Source: an uncultured Gemmatimonadales bacterium
GTDB taxonomy: Bacteria > Gemmatimonadota > Gemmatimonadetes > Longimicrobiales > RSA9
DNA: 64,000 nucleotides
Assembly: GCA_963798085.1 (NCBI GenBank)
Contig: CAWCRS010000007.1
Location: forward strand, 864,001-928,000
Direction: 5' to 3'
The translations under genes and the position numbers were made by a program. How positions within the stretch are numbered: position 1 is the first letter of the stretch; each line of letters begins with the position of its first letter. The notes below the pieces were generated by a model. It was not told where the DNA came from, did no database searches, and worked only from the letters and a program-made list of their open reading frames with translations. Shown here piece by piece: positions 28,761 through 37,781 of the stretch.

Positions 28761-30224
28761 TCAGGGTGGTGCCAGCGCGGGCGACGCCGGTTCGCGCGCG
28801 GAATCGACGCCGGGGAAGTAGGGCGCGATTGCGGCTGCCGGCGGCGGCGGCGTCAGCAGGCTCACGCCGATCATGAGCGCCGCGGATGCCAGGAAGCCGG
28901 GCAGCACCGGATCGATGGAGCGCGGACCCAGGAGCTTCCAGAGAAACGTCACGGTCACACCGCTGATCATGGCCGTGGCCGCGCCTTCGCGCGTGGCGCG
29001 GCGCCAGAGCACGCCGAGCACGACCGGAATGAAGAAGCTGGACGCCATCAGACTGGTGAACAGCAGCACGATGAACTGCACCAGTGTGCTCTGTCCCACA
29101 CCGCACAGCACGAGTATCACCGGCAGCGTGCCCACCAGCGCGGTGCCCGCGCGGTCGATCCACAGGCGACGCCGTGCGGGCAGCTGCGGATCGATCAGCG
29201 TCTGCCAGATGTCCTTGCTCAGCGCGGAGCCGGCCACGATGAGCAGTGAGCTGACCGTCGACATCATGGCGGCGGCAATGGCGGCGAGCATGATGCCGCC
29301 CATCAGGGGAGGCAGGACGGCGTTTGTGATCATGGGCATCGCCAGATCACCGGTGGGCAGGGCGGGGAAGAGTACGACCGCGACCAGTGCCAGCAGGAAC
29401 ACGCACAGGTTGATGCCCGTGATCGCGATGATGTTGAACAGCACGCCTCGCCGCACAGTGCGCATGTCCTTCATCATGTAAAGCCGTGTCAGCTTTTCGG
29501 GTCCCGCCACCGAGCCGAGCATGAAGGCCAGCGCCATTGTCAGCAGCAGCGCGGGCGGCATGGTGTGCCACGTGAAGGTTCCGGGATTGACGTCCTGCAC
29601 CAGGCGCAGCAGGGCGTGCAGCCCGCCCACCTGGCGCAGTGCCAGGGGCAGCGCCGCCAGCACACCGGCGGCCATGACCGCCAGCTGGAAGAAGTCGGTC
29701 CAGACCACGGCGATCATGCCGCCCAGCGTCGTGTACAGCAGCAGGATCACGGTGAAGCCCACCATGCCCCAGGCGCGCGGCAGTCCAAACGTCACGTTAG
29801 CAATGAGTCCACCGGCCACGATCTGGGCCTGGATGTAGACGACGTAGGCGATGAGGATGATGGCGGCCGCCAGTGCACGCACCGTGCGGCTGTAGTAGCG
29901 CGTCTCGATGAAGGCGGGCAGCGTCAGCTCGCGCACGCGGGTGAAACGGGGCGCGAGCACCGCGGCCATGAACCAGTAGCCGAGGGGCAGCGAGAGCACG
30001 ACCCAGGCGAAGGACCAGCCCGCCGTGTACATCACGCCCACCGTGCCCATGAAGGTGCCGGCGCTGACATGCGTCGCCGCCAGTGTGGCGCCGCCCACCA
30101 CCCAGCCCAGTCTGCCGCCCGCGATCCAGTAATCCTGCTCGTTGCGGGTGGCGCGCATGCTCCACCAGCCGATCAGGAAAATGACGCCGAAGTAGACGGC
30201 AAAAATTGCGATCTGTGTGCCCAT
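28761..30224 (-). CDS. Sodium:solute symporter family transporter
   Basis: DYWIAGG, ATHVSAGTFMG, GGMIAVVWTD and AAMMST motifs; many TMs. Confidence 0.92.
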   Translation of the reverse strand: MGTQIAIFAVYFGVIFLIGWWSMRATRNEQDYWIAGGRLGWVVGGATLAATHVSAGTFMGTVGVMYTAGWSFAWVVLSLPLGYWFMAAVLAPRFTRVRELTLPAFIETRYYSRTVRALAAAIILIAYVVYIQAQIVAGGLIANVTFGLPRAWGMVGFTVILLLYTTLGGMIAVVWTDFFQLAVMAAGVLAALPLALRQVGGLHALLRLVQDVNPGTFTWHTMPPALLLTMALAFMLGSVAGPEKLTRLYMMKDMRTVRRGVLFNIIAITGINLCVFLLALVAVVLFPALPTGDLAMPMITNAVLPPLMGGIMLAAIAAAMMSTVSSLLIVAGSALSKDIWQTLIDPQLPARRRLWIDRAGTALVGTLPVILVLCGVGQSTLVQFIVLLFTSLMASSFFIPVVLGVLWRRATREGAATAMISGVTVTFLWKLLGPRSIDPVLPGFLASAALMIGVSLLTPPPPAAAIAPYFPGVDSAREPASPALAPP

Positions 30225-30318
30225 GCGCGCAGTGCGGTGGTCCGGAACCCTCCCCGTGGGAACACAGTATAGAGACCGGGCGCGCTGCAGGGCACCACGG
30301 CGCGCGGGGAGCAGGTGG

Positions 30319-30675
30319 ATGAAACCGGGACAGATGAACATGGGATGCTGGCGCTGGGTCACGGGGCTGGCGCTGCCGTTGCTGCTGGCAGCGTCGTCGC
30401 CGTGGAATGCGCGTCCGCCAGGCCCGCGCTGCGCGGTCTCCACTCCGGTCAGCACCGGGGCCATGGTACAGCCCGCGGCCCTGCTCTCCGCGGACGCGAG
30501 TGATGCCAGTGCAGACGGTCGGCCGCGTGCACCACAGCTCGCGCCGGCCGCCCACGCCCGTGTCGCATTGCAGCCGGCGTCGCCCGGCACGCGTTACGCC
30601 GCGGTGTTCACCGGCCACGCCGCCATGCAGGTCGTCGCGATCTGCTGGGGGACGGCCCTGCCGCCACCGGCCTGA
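30319..30675 (+). CDS. Putative leader uORF (signal-like N-terminus, C-terminal LPPPA-stop)
   Basis: 118-aa ORF with hydrophobic WRWVTGLALPLLLAAS, ending WGTALPPPA*, directly upstream of degP. Confidence 0.45.
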   Translation: MKPGQMNMGCWRWVTGLALPLLLAASSPWNARPPGPRCAVSTPVSTGAMVQPAALLSADASDASADGRPRAPQLAPAAHARVALQPASPGTRYAAVFTGHAAMQVVAICWGTALPPPA

Positions 30676-30833
30676 AGCCCGTACGCGGCTGCGGTTCCGC
30701 CGCGCTTACACCAGCAACATGAATCGCGATGACTCCCGTGAACCGTTCACGGGAAGTCCGTCGCGTCCCGCTCCGCCGGAACCACGGCCGTGGGAAATGT
30801 GATCGAGGGTCCATGCGGACCTGGAGGATAACA

Positions 30834-32360
30834 ATGAGTTCGATTCGAAGGTATGCGATTCCCGCTGGCGTCGGCGCCGTTCTGGCGGCCGGCGCGCTGA
30901 CGCTGGGAATGACCAGTCGTCACCAGGAACCAGTGTCGAGTGCGGAGGTGGCCCGCGCGGCCCGGCCGGATCCGTCCTGCGCGGCGCCCACTGCCACGCT
31001 CCAGGCGCTGAGTCAGGTGTTCCGTTGCGCCACGCACGCGGCCATGCCGTCCGTGGTGTACGTCGAAGTGGAGAGTCATGGCCAGCAGCGGCAGCAGGGG
31101 CGGTCCGAAGATCCGTTCCGCGGCACGCCGTTCGAAGGCATGGTACCGCAGGTCCCCCAGCAGCAGCAGCAGATGCCGCAGATGGGCAGTGGCTCGGGCT
31201 TCGTGTTCCGCCCGGGCGGCTACATCCTGACCAACAATCACGTGGTGGACGGCATGGATCGCGTGACCGTGGTCACGCAGGATCGCTCGGAACGTACCGC
31301 TGACGTGGTGGGTCGTGATCCTAACACCGACATTGCAGTGCTGAAGGTCAAGGACGCGGATCTGCCGGTGGCGGCACTGGGCAATTCGGATCAGGCCGAT
31401 GTGGGCGACTGGGTGCTCGCGCTGGGTTATCCGCTGCGCCTGGGCGTGACCGTGACGTCGGGCATCATCAGCGCGAAGGGCCGGGAGATCGGCATCCTGC
31501 GGCAGAATCAGCAGGCTTCCGCCCCGGTCGAGTACTATCTGCAGACCGATGCGGCCATCAATCCCGGCAACTCGGGTGGACCGCTGGTCGACCTGGACGG
31601 TCGCGTGATCGGCATGAATTCCGCCATTGCGAGTCCCACCGGCTATTTCAGTGGTTACGGCTTCGCGATTCCCATCAACATTGTCATGCACGTCGCGGAC
31701 GATCTGATCAAGTACGGCGAAGTGCACCGCGCCCGGCTGGGTCTGGGCGTGAAGGACGTGACGCCAGCGGATGCGCAGGTCTACAAGCTGACTCAGCCGC
31801 AGGGCGCCGTGGTGAGCCAGGTGCCCGAGGACTCGCCCGCAGGTGCGGCGGGCATGCAGCTGGGTGACGTGATCACGGCGGTTGATGGTCAGACCGTGCA
31901 GTCGGCAGGCGACCTGATCGACAAGGTGACGCTGCAGGCACCGGGCTCAACCGTGAAGCTGAGTGTCGTGCGCTACGGCCGCGACATGACGTTCAACGTG
32001 AAGCTGGGCGAGTTCAAGCCGGCCGTACGCGCCGATCATGAGAACGGCGAAGCGACAGGTGACGACATCGACCGGCTGGGTTTCCGCGCCGAGACGCTGA
32101 CGCCCGACGTGGCGCAGCAGATGGATCTCGACAGGAACGCGAAAGGCGCCGTCGTGACGCGGGTCGATCCCATGAGTGAGGCCGCACGCGCCGGCCTTCT
32201 GTCCGGCATGGTCATCGAGAAGGCGAACGGCAGGGACATCCATTCGCAGACGGATCTGCAGGACGCACTGCGCGCCGTGAAGCGGGGCGATGCCGTATCG
32301 CTCATTGTGAAGCAGCAGGATGGTTCCGAGGTGATTCTGAACTATCTGCTGCGTGATTGA
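30834..32360 (+). CDS. degP: Do/DegP (HtrA) serine endopeptidase with two PDZ domains
   Basis: GSGSGF, TNNHVV, TDIAV, QTDAAINPGNSGG; GGAGG RBS. Confidence 0.93.
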   Translation: MSSIRRYAIPAGVGAVLAAGALTLGMTSRHQEPVSSAEVARAARPDPSCAAPTATLQALSQVFRCATHAAMPSVVYVEVESHGQQRQQGRSEDPFRGTPFEGMVPQVPQQQQQMPQMGSGSGFVFRPGGYILTNNHVVDGMDRVTVVTQDRSERTADVVGRDPNTDIAVLKVKDADLPVAALGNSDQADVGDWVLALGYPLRLGVTVTSGIISAKGREIGILRQNQQASAPVEYYLQTDAAINPGNSGGPLVDLDGRVIGMNSAIASPTGYFSGYGFAIPINIVMHVADDLIKYGEVHRARLGLGVKDVTPADAQVYKLTQPQGAVVSQVPEDSPAGAAGMQLGDVITAVDGQTVQSAGDLIDKVTLQAPGSTVKLSVVRYGRDMTFNVKLGEFKPAVRADHENGEATGDDIDRLGFRAETLTPDVAQQMDLDRNAKGAVVTRVDPMSEAARAGLLSGMVIEKANGRDIHSQTDLQDALRAVKRGDAVSLIVKQQDGSEVILNYLLRD

Positions 32361-32454
32361 CGACTCCGGAGCGGGGTCGATACTGCGGGGGCCGGTCCGT
32401 GCGGATCGGCCCCCGGTCGTTGCGCCGCCGCGGGCACGTCCGGCATCATCCAGC

Positions 32455-35010
32455 ATGCCCGACCTGAGAGCGAAGATCGCTCGCTTCCTGCCCTTTCTGG
32501 CAGTGCCGCCCTTCCTGGTGGCGCTGTGGGCGGTGCACCACGAGCTGTCCGCATTCCGCTATCACGACATCGTGAGCGCAGCACGCAGTGTACCGCGCGC
32601 TTCGCTGGGCGCCGCGGCGCTGCTCACCGCACTCAATTTTCTCGTGCTGTCCGGCTACGACGGACTCGGTCTCGCCTATGTGGGGCGAACGCTCGAGTGG
32701 TGGCGCTGGGGCTTCGCCTCGTTCGTGGGTTACGCTTTCAGCCAGGCGCTGGGGCTGCCGCTGCTGACGGGCCTGCCCATCAGACTCCGCCTCTATTCGG
32801 GCTGGGGCCTGACCATGGCCGAGATCCGCGATCTGGTCGTCTTCTATTCCGTGACGCTGTGGCTGGGTCTGGTCGTGCTGGGCGGCATCGTGTTCCTCGT
32901 GGAACCGCGAGCGGTGCCCGCCGTGCTGCACCTGCCCGTCACCGATGCCCGCCTGCTGGGTGCTCTGCTCCTGCTGCTGGGCGGCGGCTACATGGCGTGG
33001 GCCGTGGCGAAGCGCGCACCGCTGCGCATCCGCTCGTGGGAAGTGCCTTCCCCCGGTGTTCGACTCGCGCTGCCGCAGCTGATCGTGGCCGTCGCCGACT
33101 GGGTGGTGGCTTCCTCCGTTCTGTATGTGCTGCTGCCGCGCGGCCATCACGTTCCCTTCTTCGTCTTCGTCGGCATCTTCCTGGTCGCGCAGTTCGCAGG
33201 GCTGGCGAGTCACGTGCCCGGCGGCGTGGGTGTTTTCGAAGCCATCATGCTGGTGCTGCTGCCCAGTGATGTGCCCGCCGGCAGCCTGGCGGGATCGCTG
33301 CTCGTCTATCGCGCCATCTACTATCTCTGTCCGCTCATGTGCGCGGCCACCGCGCTGGGGCTGTACGAGGCGAGGCGCAAACGCGAGGACATCGAGCGGC
33401 TCGCGGACCGGTTCGGGCGGGGTGTTTCCCTGATCGTCCCTCAGGCGATGGCGGTGCTCACTTTCGTGGCGGGGATGGTCCTGCTCTTCTCCGGCGCCAC
33501 GCCGGGCGAGCACGAGCGCCTGAGCTGGCTCAGCCACGTGTTCCCGCTGGCCGTGATCGAAGCCTCGCACTTCCTGGCCAGCGCCGCGGGCGCATCGCTG
33601 CTGGTCCTGGCCTGGGGCATCCAGCGGCGGGTTAACACTGCATTACACATGGTGACAGCGCTGCTCGCGGCCGGCATCGTGTTCTCGCTGCTCAAGGGGC
33701 TGGACTGGGAAGAAGCGATGATCCTGACGCTCATGCTGAGCGCACTGGTGGGTTCGCGGAAGGAGTTCTATCGGCGCGCCTCGCTGCTGGTCGAACCGTT
33801 CACTCCCGGCTGGACCGCGGCCATTGTCTGCGCGGTGGTGGCCGTGATCGGGCTGGGTATCTTCTCGTACACGCACGTGGCGTACTCGCAGGCGCTCTGG
33901 CTGCGCTTCGCGCCGCACGCGGATGCCGCGCGTTTCCTGCGCTCCAGCGCGGGTGTGCTCTGCGTCATACTCGGGTTCGCGGGCGTCCGCCTCATGCGGC
34001 CCGCGGCCGCACGCAGCGCGCCGGTCACGGACGCGGACAGCGAGCGCGCGGCCACACTGGCGCACGCATCGCCCTATACCTACGCGCAGCTGGTGCTGCT
34101 GGGCGACAAGCAGCTGCTCATGGGCGAGCACAGTTTCGTGATGTACGGCGTCTCCGGCCGCAGCTGGATCGCGCTGGGCGATCCGGTGGGCGCTGCGGAG
34201 GAGCGGCGCGAGCTGGCGTGGCGCTTTCACGAGCTTGCGGACCGCAATGGCGGCTGGACGGTCTTCTATCAGGTGCGACCGGAGCACCTGCCGATCTATC
34301 TCGATCTCGGGCTCACACTCACCAAGATCGGCGAAGAAGCACGTGTGCCACTCGCGGATTTCTCGGTCGCCGGTGGCGAGCACAGGGGGATGCGACGCAC
34401 CCTGCGCACTATGGAGAAGCACGGCGCCTGTTTCCGCGTGGTGCCGGCCGAGGAAGTGCCCGGCATGTTGCCGGATCTGCGCGACATCTCGGAGAACTGG
34501 CTGACCACGAAGAACACGCGCGAAAAGGGCTTTTCGCTCGGCTTCTTCAACGAGGGTTACATACGCCGCGGTCGTGTGGCCACCATCGAGGTGGAGAATG
34601 AAATCGTCGCCTTCGCCAACATCGTGGAATCCGCGGAGCACGAGGAAATCTCGGTGGACCTGATGCGCTTCTCGCACAATGCGCCACCCAGTGTGATGGA
34701 GTATCTCTTCCTGATGGCGATGCAGCGCGGCCGCGAAGAGGGCTATCGCTGGTTCAATCTGGGCATGGCGCCGCTCTCGGGGCTGGAGGCGCGCCCGCTG
34801 AGTCCCGCATGGACTCGCCTGGGCTCAGCCGTGTACCGCCATGGCGAGCACTTCTACCATTTTCAGGGTCTGCGCGAGTACAAGCAGAAGTTCGATCCCG
34901 TCTGGGAGCCCCGCTACCTCGCCTCGCCGGGCGGACTGGCGTTCCCGCGTGTGCTGGCCAACCTGGCTGCCCTGATCAGCGGCGGCCTGCGCGGCGTGCT
35001 GCAGAAATAA
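32455..35010 (+). CDS. mprF: Bifunctional aminoacyl(lysyl)-phosphatidylglycerol flippase/synthetase
   Basis: Polytopic N-terminus with PGGVGVFE; GDPVG, EKGFSLG, SVDLMR, LGMAPLSG and YKQKF.P.WEPRY motifs. Confidence 0.93.
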   Translation: MPDLRAKIARFLPFLAVPPFLVALWAVHHELSAFRYHDIVSAARSVPRASLGAAALLTALNFLVLSGYDGLGLAYVGRTLEWWRWGFASFVGYAFSQALGLPLLTGLPIRLRLYSGWGLTMAEIRDLVVFYSVTLWLGLVVLGGIVFLVEPRAVPAVLHLPVTDARLLGALLLLLGGGYMAWAVAKRAPLRIRSWEVPSPGVRLALPQLIVAVADWVVASSVLYVLLPRGHHVPFFVFVGIFLVAQFAGLASHVPGGVGVFEAIMLVLLPSDVPAGSLAGSLLVYRAIYYLCPLMCAATALGLYEARRKREDIERLADRFGRGVSLIVPQAMAVLTFVAGMVLLFSGATPGEHERLSWLSHVFPLAVIEASHFLASAAGASLLVLAWGIQRRVNTALHMVTALLAAGIVFSLLKGLDWEEAMILTLMLSALVGSRKEFYRRASLLVEPFTPGWTAAIVCAVVAVIGLGIFSYTHVAYSQALWLRFAPHADAARFLRSSAGVLCVILGFAGVRLMRPAAARSAPVTDADSERAATLAHASPYTYAQLVLLGDKQLLMGEHSFVMYGVSGRSWIALGDPVGAAEERRELAWRFHELADRNGGWTVFYQVRPEHLPIYLDLGLTLTKIGEEARVPLADFSVAGGEHRGMRRTLRTMEKHGACFRVVPAEEVPGMLPDLRDISENWLTTKNTREKGFSLGFFNEGYIRRGRVATIEVENEIVAFANIVESAEHEEISVDLMRFSHNAPPSVMEYLFLMAMQRGREEGYRWFNLGMAPLSGLEARPLSPAWTRLGSAVYRHGEHFYHFQGLREYKQKFDPVWEPRYLASPGGLAFPRVLANLAALISGGLRGVLQK

Positions 35011-35024
35011 CAGTCTGTTGGACG

Positions 35025-35114
35025 TCAGCGTTCCACCCACCACATCCACACAATGTAACCCAGCACCAGCAGCCCGAAGACGGCGAAGAGTCCCCAGAAG
35101 ATGAAGCCGGGCAT
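35025..35114 (-). CDS. Small single-TM protein (29 aa), not in ORF track
   Basis: Reads MPGFIFWGLFAVFGLLVLGYIVWMWWVER*; its ATG overlaps the stop of the upstream gene (TGATG). Confidence 0.65.
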   Translation of the reverse strand: MPGFIFWGLFAVFGLLVLGYIVWMWWVER

Positions 35115-35809
35115 CAGCGCGCGGCCGCGCGGAAATTGCGCCAGGCGAATACCACGAAGATGGCCAGCGCGAGCAGCACGCTCCCATTGAGCACGGTGCG
35201 CAGGCTGAAGCGCGGCGCAGTACCGCGCGTGATGCTGAATGACACGACGGCGGGCAGCACGGACAGTTCGGTGGCATAGCTGCCGGTTGCGTCCGTCCTC
35301 AGGTGCGAGGGCAGCGCATCGTACGCCGTGTAGCCATCGGGCACGGTGAGCCGGGCCACGAACGTGCCCGGCCGGGCCTCGGCCGGTGGCCAGAGCACGG
35401 CCAGGACGGGCAGCTGCACACGCGCATGCCCGTTCACGGAGGCAAACACCGTGTAAGCGACGTCAATGGTCACGCTGTCGGTGGGCGTCCGTGTCTCCGG
35501 CAGCTGCACGTTGCCGGCAATGCGTGAGCCGGTCGTATCCAGGCCGCTGAACTCGAGCAGCACATCATTCCAGCGCGCAGCAATGCCCTCAATGCGCGAA
35601 CTGCCGAAGCGCAGGGCGGCCAGCGGCAGCTCTTTCTGCCCGCCGGGCAGGACGTGATAACGGATGCGCACCTCGGCTGGTGCAGTGGCGTCGGGCAGCT
35701 CTGCCGTCAGCTCCGCACGCAGCAGCCGACCCTGGGCCGCCACGGTGCCCGGCGCCACGGTCAGCAGCGCCAGCAGGGGCAGAGCGCGTCTCAGCAGCGC
35801 ACGGCTCAT
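35114..35809 (-). CDS. Hypothetical exported protein with C-terminal TM anchor
   Basis: Signal peptide (VAA|QG), beta-rich body, C-terminal TM; overlaps the dipeptidase stop. Confidence 0.7.
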   Translation of the reverse strand: MSRALLRRALPLLALLTVAPGTVAAQGRLLRAELTAELPDATAPAEVRIRYHVLPGGQKELPLAALRFGSSRIEGIAARWNDVLLEFSGLDTTGSRIAGNVQLPETRTPTDSVTIDVAYTVFASVNGHARVQLPVLAVLWPPAEARPGTFVARLTVPDGYTAYDALPSHLRTDATGSYATELSVLPAVVSFSITRGTAPRFSLRTVLNGSVLLALAIFVVFAWRNFRAAAR

Positions 35810-37026
35810 GCGACCCACACCTGATCCAGCAGACGCAGCGCGTTGCCGCCGATGACTTTCTCAATGTCGGCGTCGGCGTAGCCGTGCTTGACCAGCCAGC
35901 GCAGGATGTTGTGCGAGCCTTCCGTGGGATTCTCCAGGCCCTCGACCCACTCGACCGGCGTGAACGCGTTGTCGGCAGTGGCGCCACCGGCGCGGGATTC
36001 CTTCAGTGACAGGTTGGCCGCATACACCTTGTGCAGGCCCACGTGGTCACCGTACAGCGAGTCCGGGCCAAAGCCCACGTGGTCGATGCCGACGAGGCCC
36101 ACAATGTACTCGAAGTGCTCCATGAAGGCTTCAATGTCGTGGCGGCGGTGCTGGCGTGTGAGCGTCGTGTGCGGCGCTGCTTCCACGCCGATCACGCCAC
36201 CCCTGCGCGCACAGGCTTCTAACACGTCGTCAGGCGCCAGCCGGTTCGAGTCCCAGAGCGCGCGCGCGCCGATGTGGCTCAGCAGGATGGGCTGCTCACT
36301 GGCCTCGATCACGTCCCGCGTGGTCTGGTCGCCGCAATGCGAGCAGTCGATGAGCATGCCCACCTTGTTCATGCGCTCGACCGCGCGCCGGCCCAGGGCG
36401 GTGAGCCCGCCGTCGCGTTTCTCCTTGAGGCCCGAGCCCAGGGCATTGGCTTCGCTGTAGGTGATGCCCAGCGCGCGCACGCCCAGGCCATGGAGCACCT
36501 CAATGCGCTCGATCTCGTTCTCGATCATGGCCGCGCCTTCCATGGACGCGATCCAGGCGATGCGGCCGGTGGCATGGGCCTCCCGGATCTGGCTGGCGCG
36601 GGTGCAATGCACGACAAAGTCCTGGTGCGCCAGATCGGACAGGCGCATGCCCAGGTCGTGCAGCATTTCGGTCCACTTCCAGCCGGTCTTCGACTCGATC
36701 GCGCCAATGCCATCGATCAGGTTGTCGAAGATCGCGTCCCACCAGCAGTGCGCGAGCCCCTCGAACGCCGTGGGCTGCCGGCCCTGCCGCACGAACGCGG
36801 GTGTCTCCTCAATGCGCGCCGGGAACACGCCCACGTGTTCGTGCAGCGACACCATGATGCAGCGGTCCGCGAGCTGCCGTACGCGCGCCTCCTCCGCCTC
36901 CGCCAGCGGCAGCACGAACGCCGGCACGCGCGCAACCTGGTCCGCCATCTCGAACAGCACGTAATCCCTGCCGCCCTCCAGGTACTCGAACGAGCGATAC
37001 CCTCCATACCTCTTCTCTCTCCCCAT
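35806..37026 (-). CDS. Membrane-dipeptidase family (M19) amidohydrolase
   Basis: SLHEH, SMEGA, IDCSHCG, LSH and HVGFGPD motifs. Confidence 0.88.
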   Translation of the reverse strand: MGREKRYGGYRSFEYLEGGRDYVLFEMADQVARVPAFVLPLAEAEEARVRQLADRCIMVSLHEHVGVFPARIEETPAFVRQGRQPTAFEGLAHCWWDAIFDNLIDGIGAIESKTGWKWTEMLHDLGMRLSDLAHQDFVVHCTRASQIREAHATGRIAWIASMEGAAMIENEIERIEVLHGLGVRALGITYSEANALGSGLKEKRDGGLTALGRRAVERMNKVGMLIDCSHCGDQTTRDVIEASEQPILLSHIGARALWDSNRLAPDDVLEACARRGGVIGVEAAPHTTLTRQHRRHDIEAFMEHFEYIVGLVGIDHVGFGPDSLYGDHVGLHKVYAANLSLKESRAGGATADNAFTPVEWVEGLENPTEGSHNILRWLVKHGYADADIEKVIGGNALRLLDQVWVA

Positions 37027-37040
37027 CTCACTCTCCTCCC

Positions 37041-37470
37041 ACCGCAGAGATCGCTGTGCATCGCGGAGAACGTGCCAATTCGCCTCGGCAATATAGGCGA
37101 CCGGATTCTGGGCGATACCTCGGCGAATTCTCGTTTCATGCGGCCGGACAACGGATTATCGGCGGTTCCCGATCTACCGTAGAGATCGCGGAGACGCGCG
37201 GAGAACGACACGTTCGGCGTGGCAGGACAGGCGAACGGATGCCCCGCGAAATCTCGCGCTCATGCCTCCGGCAAGACGGAAAGCGGATTCCTGAAGGCGA
37301 AATTGCCGCGAGCGATTACGCGTTGCCGGGGCATCAAGTGCCTCGGGTGTAAAGGGGAGCAAGGCAGCGACCTGCGCACTCGCCGCGGTGTGGTGTGCCA
37401 GCAGTCACGCTCCAGTGTACGCGCCGGACTCAGCGCGCAAACTCCGCGCTCACCGCGCTCTCCGCGGTGA
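37041..37470. repeat. Cluster of ~30-bp REP-like repeats (two direct, one inverted)
   Basis: 37041-37072 and 37176-37207 match at 26/32 positions; a related inverted copy lies at 37441-37470 and contains the hairpin CTCACCGCG-CTCTC-CGCGGTGAG. Confidence 0.5.
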
Positions 37471-37781
37471 GGCGGGTTGGAGCGCGGGGCCCGACCGGGA
37501 GGCAATGGCAGGTGGCGAGAAGGAGACAGAGCGCCGTCAGAATGGCGGCGCGGAGGGTGATCGGATCTGGCTTGCGCATTTGAATCGTCGGAGACACACA
37601 AGAGGACCGTTTCCCGGTCCGGGCCCGCGTTCGTGTTGCCGGACCGGTCGGCGGTCCGTTGTGCCGGCTTCGAGATCGGCACATCTCCTCATGCGCAGGG
37701 TTGCGGAAGAACCGGACAGGCGGGTGCGCTGAATGACGACGGGCGCTGTACGAGTGGCGTCGCCTGCAATCCGTGCGACGG

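Noticed and set aside
37041..37207. The 32-bp direct repeats as a CRISPR array
   Set aside because: Only two degenerate copies about 100 bp apart, and no cas genes
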